The notes beneath the pieces are model-generated. The model ran no database searches. It saw only the letters and a program-made list of their open reading frames with translations, and had not been told where the DNA came from. A stretch of 64,000 nt of DNA from Trueperaceae bacterium (GTDB lineage Bacteria > Deinococcota > Deinococci > Deinococcales > Trueperaceae): positions 1-64,000 of the forward strand of contig DASSXV010000052.1 of assembly GCA_035703635.1 (NCBI GenBank). The letters are read 5' to 3'. Shown one piece after another: positions 42,984-54,204 of this stretch; the first letter of the stretch is position 1, and every line of letters begins with the position of its first letter. The position numbers were made by a program, and so were the translations under genes.

Positions 42984-43874
42984 TCATGAGGAAACGTCTG
43001 CCGTGGGTCTAGCACCATCAAGCGCGGCAGCCAAGGCGACGAAGGCGGCGTGGTCGAGCTCTTCCGCGCGCACCCTCAGGTCGCGGCCGATGCCGGTGAC
43101 GGCCGCTTCGGCCTGAGGGCGCTCGAAGCCGGCGTAGACAAGGTTCTTGACGAGCGTCTTGCGCCTGTGCGCGAACCCTTGGTGGATGAGCTTGAAGAGC
43201 GCCGGGTTTGGCGTGGCTGACTCGTCAGTGTCTATGCGCACGACTGAGGAAGTCACCTTCGGTGGCGGGAGGAAGGCGCCGGGCGGCACGTGCCTTACGA
43301 GCTTCGCGCGCCCGAAGTGCCCGACGAGCAGCGTTAGCGCCCCGTACGCTGGCGAGGTGGGAGCGGCGCTCAAGCGCTCGCCGACCTCCCGTTGCACCAA
43401 GAAGACGAGGCGCGAGAAGCGCCCAGACTCGAGCACGCGCGCGACGATCGGCGTGGCAACGTTGTAGGGCAAGTTCGCAACGAGCTTGGAGCGCATGGGC
43501 ATGGCGGCGAGGTCGAAGCGCAAAGCGTCCTCGTGTACGAGGTCAAGCCGTCCCGGCCCCTCCTTGCCCAACTCAGTGGCGAACTCCGCTTTCAGCAAGG
43601 GGAGGAGCCTGGCGTCCAGCTCTACGCTCGTGACGTTGGCGCCAGCGTTCAAGAGGGCGCGAGTCAGCACCCCTAGCCCTGGACCGACCTCGAGGACGTG
43701 GTCGCCAGGTGCGATGGCGGCGGCGGCGACGATGGCACGGAGCGCCGCCTCGTCGACTAGGAAGTTCTGCCCGAACCCCTTGTCGGCCCTCAGGCCGTAC
43801 TGGTCGAGGAGCGCGGCGACGCGCGAACGCGCGGTCAAGGGTGATCCGCTCTTCGCCGAAGGTTCTTCTGTCAC
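42984..43874 (-). CDS. rsmA: 16S rRNA m6(2)A1518/1519 dimethyltransferase
   Basis: FGQNFL, LEVGPGLG.LT, VANLPYNV, QREV, PPPKVTS, RRKTL. Confidence 0.97.
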   Translation of the reverse strand: MTEEPSAKSGSPLTARSRVAALLDQYGLRADKGFGQNFLVDEAALRAIVAAAAIAPGDHVLEVGPGLGVLTRALLNAGANVTSVELDARLLPLLKAEFATELGKEGPGRLDLVHEDALRFDLAAMPMRSKLVANLPYNVATPIVARVLESGRFSRLVFLVQREVGERLSAAPTSPAYGALTLLVGHFGRAKLVRHVPPGAFLPPPKVTSSVVRIDTDESATPNPALFKLIHQGFAHRRKTLVKNLVYAGFERPQAEAAVTGIGRDLRVRAEELDHAAFVALAAALDGARPTADVSS

Positions 43875-44362
43875 ACGGTGTGAACGTCCATGGCCGCAGT
43901 CAACATGTCCTCTGCCGCGCCAAGTTCGACGTCAAGCACGACGGCCAGCTCGCTACTCAGCATGGTGCGGGCGCTATCGAGCACCTCGCGCTCGGTGGCT
44001 GCTAGGCCCTTCTCGGCGTCGCGCTTGGCCAACACCCCGATGAGGCGCGCCAAGTCGTACGCGCTGCCACCTGAGAGGATGTCCTGCTCGGCGCGGAAGC
44101 GCGGTGGCCACTGCGCCGGGAGGGTCAGGTCGGCCGCCTTGATCGAGTCGATGAGGCGCGCCACCTCCTCCTTGTCAACGGTGTGGCGTAAGCCGACCTC
44201 CTGGCCCTTCTTGATGGGTACGAGCACTTCCATGTCGCCCCTAACGAAGACGACCTTGAGGTACTCGTGAGCTTGCCCGAGCACTACACGCGAGGTCCGT
44301 TCAGCCACCACCCCAGCGCCCTGAGACGGGTAAACGACGTGGTCACCCACTTCAAAATTCAT
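43871..44362 (-). CDS. CarD-family transcriptional regulator (paralog 2)
   Basis: FEVGDHVVYPSQGAG...LPAQWPPRFR...L.SELA; leaderless TAGGCT-N8-ATG; stop overlaps the rsmA GTG. Confidence 0.9.
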   Translation of the reverse strand: MNFEVGDHVVYPSQGAGVVAERTSRVVLGQAHEYLKVVFVRGDMEVLVPIKKGQEVGLRHTVDKEEVARLIDSIKAADLTLPAQWPPRFRAEQDILSGGSAYDLARLIGVLAKRDAEKGLAATEREVLDSARTMLSSELAVVLDVELGAAEDMLTAAMDVHTV

Positions 44363-44410
44363 GCTTGCCAAGCCTAACACACGCATCACACGCCCCACGA
44401 GCGGCGTGCC

Positions 44411-46036
44411 TCACGTCAGGCCAACTAGTGGAGCCCACGCTGGGTAGGTGATGAACGACCAGACCGTGACGCTCCCGAAGACGGTTAGGGCGGCGGCGAT
44501 CAGCAAGTTCGCTTGCACCTCGCGGTCGCCTCTCCCGGCAACCAGATAAGCAACCCCGAGCCCGACGAGGAGGGCGGCTGCCACGACGGCAACCGTTGCT
44601 ACTGGCGCCGTGTGCCCATAGACGCCGGTAAGCGCGAGAGCCACGCTGGCAGCGAGTAGGGGCATGGCTCCCACGATCAAGCCGGCGCCCGCCCCGCGCC
44701 CAAGTCCCGCCTTGCCGGCACGGGCGCGCCTGCTGACGGCCCGCGCCGTGAGCGGCGCGGTGATGAGGAGGTAAGGAACGAACGCGAGGACGCCAAGGAC
44801 GCCGACGAGCAGCGCCGTCAGCGCCTGCCCGATGGCCTGCTCGGCAACGAACCATGGGTTCCACCCCATGAGGCGGGCGATGCGGTCTAAGGGAGTAAGG
44901 GGCATCGGCGCGGCGTCGTCTGCCGTATAGATGGCAACGCCGCCACCTTGCGCCCTGCCGTACCAGGCGAGCACAGCAAGACCAGGTTCCGAGGCAGCGC
45001 CCGCGTGCCCGAAGGCTGCGCCCTCCACCGTCACGGGTGACCACAAGATGTTCGTCGCCGTCGCGGCCTGGGGGGCGCTAGCGTCGATGCGCTTGAAGCT
45101 CGAGCCCCCAGTCCAGTAGAAGTAGGGCCAGGCGCCAGCAAGCGGCCTGCCCGTCTCCTCGAGCTCGACTAGTTGGCCGCGCTCGAGGGTGCCGGTCGCG
45201 CCAGCCACGCTCGCTAGTTGCAGGCCGCCGTCCTCGGCGCTCCACATGACGTTAGCGCCGCCCGGTGCGGCCGCGATCACGGCGCGTTGGCGTTCATCAG
45301 TCACGTCGGCGTTGCCGAGGTCGAGTGGTAGCGCCGCGCCACTGCCGTCCACCAGCAAGGCGTAAGCGTGCCACTCTGCGTTGACGCCGAACTCGGTTCG
45401 CTCGGTCTTGCCCTCCAGCCACGCTGCCCACAGGGCGCCAGTCGGCGCCGCGGCGAAGGTGAGCCCACGCACGGACAGCGGGGTCGTGCGCAAGACTACA
45501 GGCGCCCCGCCGCTCAGGGGGAGCAGTGTCAGTTGCGCGTTGCCTTGGCGCCGTAGCGTGCCCGCCACGTAGGTGGCGCCTTCTAGCGTTACGAAGTCGA
45601 GGGCGACTTCTACGGGGTCCGTGAACAGTTCCGTGACCTGCCCAGCGCGCCACACGAAGTGCCCGTACTGCCCGGTGTTGCGGTCACGCTGCGCCCAAGC
45701 GACCGCTAGTTCGCCGCCCGCGTCGCCAGCAGAAACGCCGCGAACGTTCTGGGCGGCCGCCAGGAGCGTAGGGTCGCCGCCGTTCGGCCTCACCCACACG
45801 CCCTGCTGATCCGCCCACACGAGCTCGCTGCCGCTTGTCGTTACGCGCACGCCAACCGCCGCGGCAGGGCGCTCAGTTGGCACTTCAACGGGGCGAGCCC
45901 AACCGCCAGCGGCCGCCAACGGTTGGGCTAGCGCCATGCACCAACTCGCCAGGACTAGCGTCACCAGCAGTCTTAGCTGAACCCTACCCCCGCCGGATCG
46001 CAACGACTCTCCTCCAACATGCTGGCGCTGCCGCAC
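44411..46036 (-). CDS. Hypothetical membrane protein (signal peptide, beta-rich exodomain, about 4 C-terminal TM helices)
   Basis: 541-codon ORF filling the uvrB-carD gap; hydrophobic N-terminus ending ALA-Q; Trp-rich repeated strands; no family recognised. Confidence 0.75.
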   Translation of the reverse strand: MRQRQHVGGESLRSGGGRVQLRLLVTLVLASWCMALAQPLAAAGGWARPVEVPTERPAAAVGVRVTTSGSELVWADQQGVWVRPNGGDPTLLAAAQNVRGVSAGDAGGELAVAWAQRDRNTGQYGHFVWRAGQVTELFTDPVEVALDFVTLEGATYVAGTLRRQGNAQLTLLPLSGGAPVVLRTTPLSVRGLTFAAAPTGALWAAWLEGKTERTEFGVNAEWHAYALLVDGSGAALPLDLGNADVTDERQRAVIAAAPGGANVMWSAEDGGLQLASVAGATGTLERGQLVELEETGRPLAGAWPYFYWTGGSSFKRIDASAPQAATATNILWSPVTVEGAAFGHAGAASEPGLAVLAWYGRAQGGGVAIYTADDAAPMPLTPLDRIARLMGWNPWFVAEQAIGQALTALLVGVLGVLAFVPYLLITAPLTARAVSRRARAGKAGLGRGAGAGLIVGAMPLLAASVALALTGVYGHTAPVATVAVVAAALLVGLGVAYLVAGRGDREVQANLLIAAALTVFGSVTVWSFITYPAWAPLVGLT

Positions 46037-46046
46037 TTCGTCCCCG

Positions 46047-48122
46047 TCAGGCCCGCGCCTTACGCGTGCGCCCTGCCACCTCGACCTTAGCGCCCGGCGT
46101 CGCCCGCTTCGCCTGGCCAGGCAGCGGCGTCATCAGCACCTCGCGCCCCTGCAAGCGCGCCTCTAGCTCGCGGATGCGGTCGCGCACGGCTGCCGCCTTC
46201 TCGAAGTCGAGCTTCTCGGACGCCTCCCACATCTCGTTCTCCAGTTCGGCCAACTCCTGCCTCGTGTCGTCGAACAGCAACTCACGTTCCCACGGGTCAA
46301 GGGGCGCCTGCACCTCGTCGACGGCATCGTCCTCGTGACCGCGGATGACGTCGTGGACGCGCTTGCGAATGGACTCCGGCGTGATGCCGTGCAGTTCGTT
46401 GAACGCCACCTGCTTCGCGCGGCGGCGGTTCGTCTCGTCGATGGCTAGGCGCATGGCTTCGCTCGTCTCGTCCGCGTAGAGGAACACCTCACCGTTGACG
46501 TTACGCGCTGCGCGCCCGATGGTCTGGATGAGGGAGCGTTCACTGCGCAAGAAGCCGGCCTTGTCCGCGTCGAGGATGGCGACGAGGCTGACCTCCGGCA
46601 GGTCGAGTCCCTCACGCAGGAGGTTGATGCCCACCAGCACGTCGAAGTGCCCAAGGCGCAGGTCGCGGATGATGACCTGGCGCTCGACCGCGTCGATGTC
46701 GGAGTGCATGTACCTCACCCTGATGCCCTTCGTCGCGAGGTACTCGGTGAGGTCCTCGGCCATGCGCTTCGTTAGCGTCGTGACGAGCACGCGCTCGCCG
46801 CGCTCGGCGCGCGCCCTGGCAGCGAAGAGCAGGTCGTCGATCTGGCCCTTGCTCGGTTTGATCGAGATCTCTGGGTCGACGAGGCCGGTCGGGCGGATGA
46901 CCTGCTCGGCGACCAAGTCGGACATGCCGAGCTCGCGCTCTGTGGGCGTTGCGCTGACGAACACGGCCTGACCGACCTTGGTGAGGAACTCCTCCTCGGT
47001 AAGGGGGCGGTTGTCGAGCGCGGCAGGCAGCCTGAAGCCGTAATCGACCAAGGTCTGCTTGCGCGCGCGGTCGCCGTTGAACATGCCGCGCACCTGCGGG
47101 AGCATGACGTGCGACTCGTCGAGGAAAGTGATGTAGTCGTCCGGGAAGTAGTCGAGGAGCGTGCCTGGCGTGCTGCCTGGAGCGCGGCGCTCCAGGTAGC
47201 GGGAGTAGTTCTCGATGCCGGAGCAGTAGCCGAGCGTGCGCAGCATCTCGAGGTCGTACGCCGTGCGCTCCTTCAGGCGCTGCTTCTCGAGCAGCTTGCC
47301 GGTCGCGTCGAAGTACGCCAGGCGCGTAGCGAGGTCGTGTTCTATCTCCTCGACCGCTGGGGCGAGCTTGTCGTATGGCGTCACGTAGTGCTTGGCGGGG
47401 AAGACCATGGCGCTCTCGAGCTCGGCCACTTCCTCGCCCGTTACCGGGTCGATCATCGTGAGGCGATCGACCTCGTCACCCCACAGCTCGATGCGCAGCG
47501 GACGCTCTTCATACGCCGCCCACACCTCGACGACGTCGCCGCGCGCCCGGAACCTACCGGCAGCCAACTCGACGTCGTTGCGCTCGTACTGCTGCCTGAC
47601 GAGGGTGGCGAGGATCTCGTCGCGCGGGAGGGGCTTGCCGACTTGCAGCATGAGGTGAAGCTTCTCGTACTCCTCAGGCGAGCCCAAACCGTAGATGGCA
47701 GAAACCGACGCCACCACGATCACGTCGCGGCGCGTTAGGAGCGAGCGCGTCGTCGAGTGCCGCAAGCGCTCGAGTTCCATGTTGATGTTCGCGTCCTTCT
47801 CGATGAACAGGTCGCGAGAAGGCACGTACGCTTCCGGTTGATAGTAGTCGTAGTAGGAGATGAAGAACTCGACGGCGGCGTCCGGGAAGTAGTCGCGGAA
47901 CTCGGCCGCGAGCTGCGCCGTCAATACCTTGTTGGGCGCTAGGATCAGCGCTGGGCGCTGCACCGCCTCGATGACTTTCGCCATCGTGTAGGTCTTGCCT
48001 GTCCCCGTCGCGCCAAGCAAGGTCTGGAAGCGCAGGCCGTCTTGCAGGCCGCCTACCAAGCCGGAGATGGCCTCAGGTTGGTCGCCTTTAGGCGTGTACG
48101 GCGCTTTCACGATCAGGGACAT
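46047..48122 (-). CDS. uvrB: Excinuclease ABC subunit B
   Basis: [24 protein letters not shown] beta-hairpin, [14 protein letters not shown]-terminal UVR domain. Confidence 0.99.
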   Translation of the reverse strand: MSLIVKAPYTPKGDQPEAISGLVGGLQDGLRFQTLLGATGTGKTYTMAKVIEAVQRPALILAPNKVLTAQLAAEFRDYFPDAAVEFFISYYDYYQPEAYVPSRDLFIEKDANINMELERLRHSTTRSLLTRRDVIVVASVSAIYGLGSPEEYEKLHLMLQVGKPLPRDEILATLVRQQYERNDVELAAGRFRARGDVVEVWAAYEERPLRIELWGDEVDRLTMIDPVTGEEVAELESAMVFPAKHYVTPYDKLAPAVEEIEHDLATRLAYFDATGKLLEKQRLKERTAYDLEMLRTLGYCSGIENYSRYLERRAPGSTPGTLLDYFPDDYITFLDESHVMLPQVRGMFNGDRARKQTLVDYGFRLPAALDNRPLTEEEFLTKVGQAVFVSATPTERELGMSDLVAEQVIRPTGLVDPEISIKPSKGQIDDLLFAARARAERGERVLVTTLTKRMAEDLTEYLATKGIRVRYMHSDIDAVERQVIIRDLRLGHFDVLVGINLLREGLDLPEVSLVAILDADKAGFLRSERSLIQTIGRAARNVNGEVFLYADETSEAMRLAIDETNRRRAKQVAFNELHGITPESIRKRVHDVIRGHEDDAVDEVQAPLDPWERELLFDDTRQELAELENEMWEASEKLDFEKAAAVRDRIRELEARLQGREVLMTPLPGQAKRATPGAKVEVAGRTRKARA

Positions 48123-48148
48123 GACCTGCCATTGTACTTCGCGGTTGG

Positions 48149-49996
48149 CTAACCGCGGCCCCCGGCGCTACCGGTGACCAGGTTGGCGGTGGTATCGCGC
48201 TTGAACTGCAACTCGTAGAGGTCGGCGTAAGCGCCTCTCGCCTCGAGCAACTCGTCGTGAGTGCCGCTCTCGATGATGCGGCCGTCAGCAAGCACCACGA
48301 TGCGGTCCGCGCGCCGCACCGTCGCGAGGCGGTGAGCGATGACGAAGGTGGTGCGCCCGCGCATGAGGACCTCGAGTGCGGCCTGCACCAGCGACTCAGA
48401 TTCGCTGTCGAGGGAGCTCGTTGCCTCGTCGAGGATGAGGATCTTCGGGTCTTTGAGGAGAGCGCGGGCTATGGCGAGGCGCTGACGTTGCCCGCCGGAG
48501 AGCATGACGCCGCGCTCCCCGACTTGGGTGGCATAACCCTGCGGCAGTGCGGCGATGAAGCCGTCGGCGTTCGCGGCGACGCTCGCCGCTTTGACGGCGG
48601 CGTCGGTGGCACCCGGCCGCCCATAGCGCACGTTCTCCATGACCGAGCCTGAGAAGAGCTGAGTCTCCTGCGGCACTAACCCGATGAGCCCCCGCAGGTC
48701 CGCCGTTGCGAGGTCACGCACGTCCACGCCGTCGAGGGTGACGCGCCCCGAGGTGACGTCGTAGAAGCGCGAAACCAGGCTCACGAGGGTGCTCTTGCCT
48801 GCACCGCTGTGACCGACGAGCGCGACGACCTCGCCTGGCCGGGCGGTTAGGCTGACGCCGCGCAGCACGGCGTCGCCTCCGCGGCCGTAGCCGAACGTGA
48901 CGTCCTCGAGCCGCACCTCGCCGCGCACGTTAGTGAGGCGCACCGGCTCCTGCGCCTCGGGCAGGTCGCTCGCCTCGTCCAACAGCTCGAAGATGCGCTT
49001 CGAGGCGCCAATCGCCTGTTGCAACTGCGCCCATAAGTCGGTGAACGTCCCGATGCTCCCAGCCACGAACACGGTGATGAGGAGGAAAGCGACGAGGTCG
49101 CCACTCTGTAACGCCCCAGCCACCGCCAGCCGACCGCCGTACCAGAGTACGAGCGCGAGGCCTAGCGACATGCCGAGGATGACGGCTGGAATGAAGTACG
49201 CGCGCAGCTTGACCCTCACCAGGGCGCTCTGGAACGACCGCTCGATCGCCGCGCCGTAACGCTCCGCCTCCCAGCCCTCTGCCGTGAACGACTTGACGAC
49301 GCGGATGGACGTTATGGCCTCGTCCGCCGTGGCGTTGGCGGACGCGAGGTCGTCCTGGAAGGCGGTGCTGGAACGGCGCAACCCGCGGCTGAAGAACGCG
49401 GCCGCCACCACCAACGCGGGAATGACGGCGAGCATGAGCAGCGTAAGCCGCCACTCGAGCACGAGCAGGACCGCCATCCCGCCGAGCAGCGTCACGCCTT
49501 GGTTGACGAACTGCGCGAGCTGCAGCGAGACGGCGCCCTGCAAGGTGGCGATGTCGGCCGTCAAGCGCGACGTGATCTCGCCGGTCTTGCGGTCCTCGAA
49601 GAAGCGCACTGACAAGTTGATGAGGTGGTCGAACACGCGCTTGCGCATGTCGGCGACTACCGCCTCGCCCATGCGGCCGAGGAGGAACATGCGCAGGTAG
49701 TTGAAGAACGCCTGCAGGAGCATGAGCCCGAGCAGTATGAGCGCAACGCGGTTGAGTTGAGCCGCGGCGCTGTTGACCGCTGCGCCGGGCGCGAAGGCCG
49801 AGTTGAGCAGGTCGCGGATGAGGAGCGGGAAGAGGAGCGCTAGCCCGCCGGAGATCGCGACAGCCGCAACGCCGCCGATGAGTGACGCCCGGTGAGGCCT
49901 CAAGAAGGAGAACGCCCGCCGCAACTGCGCCCAGTCACTGCTAGTTATGCGCGAGTCTTGGCGCGTCTCGTGAACGCCGCCGCGCCGAGAGAACAT
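48149..49996 (-). CDS. ABC exporter, fused permease/ATPase (MsbA-like type IV)
   Basis: 6 TM helices plus [34 protein letters not shown] 49996 after TACCCT. Confidence 0.93.
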   Translation of the reverse strand: MFSRRGGVHETRQDSRITSSDWAQLRRAFSFLRPHRASLIGGVAAVAISGGLALLFPLLIRDLLNSAFAPGAAVNSAAAQLNRVALILLGLMLLQAFFNYLRMFLLGRMGEAVVADMRKRVFDHLINLSVRFFEDRKTGEITSRLTADIATLQGAVSLQLAQFVNQGVTLLGGMAVLLVLEWRLTLLMLAVIPALVVAAAFFSRGLRRSSTAFQDDLASANATADEAITSIRVVKSFTAEGWEAERYGAAIERSFQSALVRVKLRAYFIPAVILGMSLGLALVLWYGGRLAVAGALQSGDLVAFLLITVFVAGSIGTFTDLWAQLQQAIGASKRIFELLDEASDLPEAQEPVRLTNVRGEVRLEDVTFGYGRGGDAVLRGVSLTARPGEVVALVGHSGAGKSTLVSLVSRFYDVTSGRVTLDGVDVRDLATADLRGLIGLVPQETQLFSGSVMENVRYGRPGATDAAVKAASVAANADGFIAALPQGYATQVGERGVMLSGGQRQRLAIARALLKDPKILILDEATSSLDSESESLVQAALEVLMRGRTTFVIAHRLATVRRADRIVVLADGRIIESGTHDELLEARGAYADLYELQFKRDTTANLVTGSAGGRG

Positions 49997-50064
49997 GCCC
50001 AAGGGTACACTGACGTCAGCATCCCTCAGTAGTACGTGCCGCGGCGCTTGCCTCGCGGGAGGAG

Positions 50065-52038
50065 TTGACACCTATCGAAGCGGACGCGCCACTCTGGACC
50101 CCCTCTGCGAGCAGCGTGCAGGCTAGCGCCATGACCAGCTTCAGGTTGGCGGCCGAACGCGCCAGTGGTGAGCCGCTACCCGACTACTGGGCCCTTCACG
50201 CTTGGAGCGTTGAGCAACCAGAAGCCTTCTGGAACCTGCTCGCCACCGAACTACGACTGCCGTTCAATGTGCGCGGGGTGCGCGCTTTATCTCCCGAGCC
50301 GATGCCGTACACGCGCTGGTTCGCGGGCAGCACCCTCAATTACGCCCACGCGCTGCTCTACCCGCCCGGCGTTAGCGCGGACGCCACCGCCCTCATCGCA
50401 GTCGTTGAGGACGGTAGCGAGCGGCGGCTGTCGTGGGCGCAACTAAGGGACGAGACGGCGGCCGCGCGGGCAGCGTTGGTGGCCGCTGGAGTAGGGGAGG
50501 GCGACGCCGTGGCCGCCTTCGCCGCCAACCTGCCTGAGGTGGTCGTTGGGCTGCTAGCCAGCGCCTCGCTTGGGGCCCTGTTCACGTCCTGCTCCCCAGA
50601 CTTCGGCGCGGAGGCCGCCAGTGCGCGTTTCGCTCAAGTGCAACCGAAGGTGCTGCTCGCCACTGGCGGCTACCGCTACGCTGGCAAACCGCATGACACC
50701 AGCGCCACCGTCGCTGCCCTGCGCCAGCGCTTGCCTGCCGGTTTACAGGTTGTCGAACTCCCTTACCCAGGTGAGGAGGCCCGCCTGCCCGCTGCACAGA
50801 CGTGGGACGAGTGGCTGAGACCGCACGCTGGCGCGCCGCTAACGTTCGCGGAACTGCCGTTCGACCAGCCCCTCTACGCGTTGTATAGCTCAGGCACGAC
50901 CGGCGTGCCGAAGGCCATGGTGCATAGGGCAGGCGGTGCGCTCCTCACGCACCGCAAGGAGCACGCGCTTCACTCCGGCATAGTGCCAGGCAACGTCGTT
51001 TACTACTTCACGACGACGGGCTGGATGATGTGGAACTGGCTCGTCTCCGTGCTGGCGAGCGGCGCAACGGCCGTGCTCTACGACGGCGCGCCGACGTGGC
51101 CAGACGCCCTGGCAACGTGGCGACTAGCCGAACACCTCGGCGTCACCTTCTACGGCACGAGCGCGCGTTTCCTCCAAGAACTGGAGCAGAGGGGCCTGCG
51201 GCCGGGCGCGACTTGCGACCTGAGCGCGTTACGCACGATCGCCTCGACAGGCTCGCCGCTGTCGCCTCACAGCTTCGAGTACGTCTATCGCGACGTCAAG
51301 AGCGACGTGCATCTGGCGTCGATCTCGGGTGGGACCGACATCGTTAGTTGCTTCATGCTCGGGGTGCCGACCCTCCCCGTGTATGCAGGCGAGATCCAGG
51401 CGCCGGGCCTCGGCGTCGACTTGCGCGTCGTCGACGGCCACGGGTCGGCCGTAACTGGGCAACCGGGAGAGCTAGTGTGCGCTAAGGCGTTGCCTTCCAT
51501 GCCATTACGTTTCCTCGGCGACCCCGACTTCGCGCGCTACGAGGCCGCGTACTTCGGAACCTACCCAGGCTGGTGGCGGCACGGCGACCTCGTCGAGCGC
51601 ACCGCGCACGGCGGCATCGTCGTTTACGGGCGCTCGGACGCCACCCTCAACCCGGGCGGCGTGCGGATCGGAACGGCCGAGATCTATCGCCCATTGGAAG
51701 AACTACCAGAGGTGGTCGAAGCGGTTGCGGTGGCGCGGCGCGCAGCTGACGACCAGGAGGTGTGGCTCCTCGTTACCCTCAGGCCGGGCGCCGTCCTCGA
51801 CGATGCCCTCGTCGACCTCATCAAACGCACCATCCGTGGCGCCACGTCGCCGCGTCACGTGCCGAAGCAAGTCATTTCCGTGCCGCAACTGCCGCGCACG
51901 CGGTCTGGCAAGGCCATGGAGCTGGCCGTCACTCAACTGGTCAACGGCATGCCAGTCCCGAACCGCGAAGTGATAGCCAACCCGGAAGCGCTCGACGCCA
52001 TCGCGGCCCGCCTGCGTGAGCTGGGCCTCCTCGACTGA
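50065..52038 (+). CDS. Acetoacetate-CoA ligase
   Basis: PLWTPS, CSPDFG, YSSGTTGVPK, TTTGWMMWNW, SGGTDI, GRSDATLNPGGVRIG, NPEAL; start codon uncertain. Confidence 0.93.
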   Translation: MTPIEADAPLWTPSASSVQASAMTSFRLAAERASGEPLPDYWALHAWSVEQPEAFWNLLATELRLPFNVRGVRALSPEPMPYTRWFAGSTLNYAHALLYPPGVSADATALIAVVEDGSERRLSWAQLRDETAAARAALVAAGVGEGDAVAAFAANLPEVVVGLLASASLGALFTSCSPDFGAEAASARFAQVQPKVLLATGGYRYAGKPHDTSATVAALRQRLPAGLQVVELPYPGEEARLPAAQTWDEWLRPHAGAPLTFAELPFDQPLYALYSSGTTGVPKAMVHRAGGALLTHRKEHALHSGIVPGNVVYYFTTTGWMMWNWLVSVLASGATAVLYDGAPTWPDALATWRLAEHLGVTFYGTSARFLQELEQRGLRPGATCDLSALRTIASTGSPLSPHSFEYVYRDVKSDVHLASISGGTDIVSCFMLGVPTLPVYAGEIQAPGLGVDLRVVDGHGSAVTGQPGELVCAKALPSMPLRFLGDPDFARYEAAYFGTYPGWWRHGDLVERTAHGGIVVYGRSDATLNPGGVRIGTAEIYRPLEELPEVVEAVAVARRAADDQEVWLLVTLRPGAVLDDALVDLIKRTIRGATSPRHVPKQVISVPQLPRTRSGKAMELAVTQLVNGMPVPNREVIANPEALDAIAARLRELGLLD

Positions 52039-52044
52039 CTAGCC

Positions 52045-52914
52045 TCACCCTTTCACCGCGCCGGCCGTTAGGCCAGCCACGATGCGCTGTTGGAAGATGA
52101 GCACGAGCGCAACGAGGGGGATGGTGACGATGACCGCCGCCGCCATGATCTCACCGAACGGTTCCTGGCGCGCAATCTCCCCCGTGAAGAGCGCGATGGC
52201 AACCGGTACGGTGCGCGCGGGCGGGTCGATCACGGTGAACGTAAGCGCGAAGAGGTACTCGTTCCACGCCTGGATGAACGCCAGCAAGCCAGTCGTCACT
52301 AGCGCGGGTGCGGTCAAGGGCAGCAGCACGTACCGGAACGCCTGAATGAGGGTGGCCCCGTCGACTTGCGCGGCCTGCAGCAGCGAGTCCGGTAGCCCGC
52401 GGAAGAACGAGGTTAGTACCCACACCGTGAACGGCAACGTGAACAGCATGTAGGAGAGGATCATGCTTGGCACTGCAGGCATCCCGAGGAGCCTGATGAC
52501 GGCGTACAGCCCGGCCAGCACGGCGATCTGCGGGAACATGGTCATGGCGAGGATGACGTAGAGCGACGCGCTACGGCCAGCGAAGCGCATCTTGCCGAGC
52601 GCGTAACCGGCGAACGACCCGACGATGAGGGAGAGCAGCGTCACGCTAGACGCGACCAAGGTGGAGACGCCGAGCGCCCGCACGAAGCGGTCGTTGCCAA
52701 GCACGGCCTTGAAGTTAGTCAGCACGGGGTTGTCTGGCCACAGCGTGGCGGGCGTCTTGATGAGCTCGGCTTGCGTCTTCAGCGCCGAGATGAACGCCCA
52801 GTAGAACGGGAACAGGAGATAGACGAGCAGCACCAAGATGAGGAGCCAGAAGAACACGCGTCCAGTGGCGTGCCGTAACGCTCGGCGGCGCTTGTACCTA
52901 GCGGCAGGCGTCAT
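52045..52914 (-). CDS. Carbohydrate ABC transporter permease (MalG-type)
   Basis: LFPFYW, EAA-like loop QAAQVDGAT, WNEYLFAL, GLTAGAVKG. Confidence 0.93.
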   Translation of the reverse strand: MTPAARYKRRRALRHATGRVFFWLLILVLLVYLLFPFYWAFISALKTQAELIKTPATLWPDNPVLTNFKAVLGNDRFVRALGVSTLVASSVTLLSLIVGSFAGYALGKMRFAGRSASLYVILAMTMFPQIAVLAGLYAVIRLLGMPAVPSMILSYMLFTLPFTVWVLTSFFRGLPDSLLQAAQVDGATLIQAFRYVLLPLTAPALVTTGLLAFIQAWNEYLFALTFTVIDPPARTVPVAIALFTGEIARQEPFGEIMAAAVIVTIPLVALVLIFQQRIVAGLTAGAVKG

Positions 52915-54056
52915 TGGGTGTCGACTTTCATGGAGCGAACGTAGAGGAGCGCGAAGACGAAGATGATCACGAAGATGGTCACGGAAGCTGCGGAGGATAA
53001 CCCCATGTCGCGCCGGCTGATGAGCATGTCTTGCGCGAAGCTCGCCATCGAGTAGCGCTGGTTGCCGAGCACGACCTGGAAGATGTCGAACACGCGCAGG
53101 GAGTCGAGAGTGCGGAAGATCAGCGCCACTGCGAGCGTCGGCGTCAGTAGCGGCAACGTGATGCGGAAGAAGCGCTTGAGCGGACCGGCGCCGTCCACCT
53201 TGGCGGCCTCCGTGAACTCTGCCGGGATGGTGGCGAGCCCGGCGAGGAGGAGCAGCGCCATGAAGGGCGTGGTCTTCCACACGTCCATCATGATCATGCT
53301 CGGCAACTGCAGCGCTGGGTTGCCGAAGAAGTCGGTGCGACCGTCACTAAGTCCGAGGTAGGAGCCGACGGTGTTGAACAGCCCGGCGCGCGTTGGCTGC
53401 AGCATCCACTCCCAGATGCGCGCTGACACCACGGTGATGACAGCCCACGGCACGAGCATCGCCGCGCGCATGGCGCCGCGGCCACGGAACCGACTAGCGA
53501 GCGTCAGGGCGATGATCATGCCGAGAACGGTTTCGAAGGCGACGGCGACTACGGTGAACACCACGGTGTCCCACACGGACCTTACGAAGTCGGCCGAGAT
53601 GGCGCCCAGCACGTAGCGCTTGCCGAACAGCGAGAACTGGAACACCTGACGGTAACGAGTCGGTGAGCGCGGCAAGATGCTTACGGCGGACACGTACTGC
53701 ACCTTGCCGCTCAGCACTACGGGCTGGCCCGCTTCGTCTAGCTGAGCTGGCAACTCGCGGATCGTGAAGGCCAGCAGGGTGCGGTAGTTCTCTAGTCCGA
53801 TGAAGCTCGTCGGCTGCGAGCTGGCGAACTTGGCGTTCGTGAGGCTCGAGTAGACGACCTGCGCGAACGGGTACGCCGCGATGACCGCCAGGACTATGAA
53901 CGTCGGTAACAGCAGGAAGTAGGCCGTGCGCCTTTCCTGGCGCAACAACTGCGAGATGCGGCGCTTAGCCGGGCGCTCACGTGCGTCGTCATCGCCCCCC
54001 GTGGCATGGGGCCCGCTGGCGGGCCGCCTTGCCGACGCCTCGTTGGCGTCGCTCAT
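52911..54056 (-). CDS. Carbohydrate ABC transporter permease (MalF-type, long periplasmic loop)
   Basis: FIGLENY, WKTTPF, EAAKVDGA, LRVFD. Confidence 0.93.
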   Translation of the reverse strand: MSDANEASARRPASGPHATGGDDDARERPAKRRISQLLRQERRTAYFLLLPTFIVLAVIAAYPFAQVVYSSLTNAKFASSQPTSFIGLENYRTLLAFTIRELPAQLDEAGQPVVLSGKVQYVSAVSILPRSPTRYRQVFQFSLFGKRYVLGAISADFVRSVWDTVVFTVVAVAFETVLGMIIALTLASRFRGRGAMRAAMLVPWAVITVVSARIWEWMLQPTRAGLFNTVGSYLGLSDGRTDFFGNPALQLPSMIMMDVWKTTPFMALLLLAGLATIPAEFTEAAKVDGAGPLKRFFRITLPLLTPTLAVALIFRTLDSLRVFDIFQVVLGNQRYSMASFAQDMLISRRDMGLSSAASVTIFVIIFVFALLYVRSMKVDTQ

Positions 54057-54095
54057 CTGTCCTCCGTTCCGTCAGCGCTTGGCGCTGCCGTGCCC

Positions 54096-54178
54096 CCATG
54101 CGCAAGTGCTGGCTGCGGTTGCGCATGGTTGACGCTCAAGGGCGGGGCCAGCACGGGAGGTAGCCCGCGCCGGCCCCA
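54096..54178 (-). other. Intercistronic hairpins between the binding-protein and permease genes
   Basis: CCATGCGCAA/TTGCGCATGG (54096-54128) and GGGGCC/GGCCCC (about 54144-54178); could stabilise the SBP mRNA or partly terminate. Confidence 0.45.
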
Positions 54179-54204
54179 CTGGTTAGGCCAGGTGACCAGG
54201 TTGC

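Noticed and set aside
50065..50070. Perfect TTGACA at the acetoacetate-CoA ligase start
   Set aside because: No -10 at correct spacing; it coincides with the probable TTG start codon.
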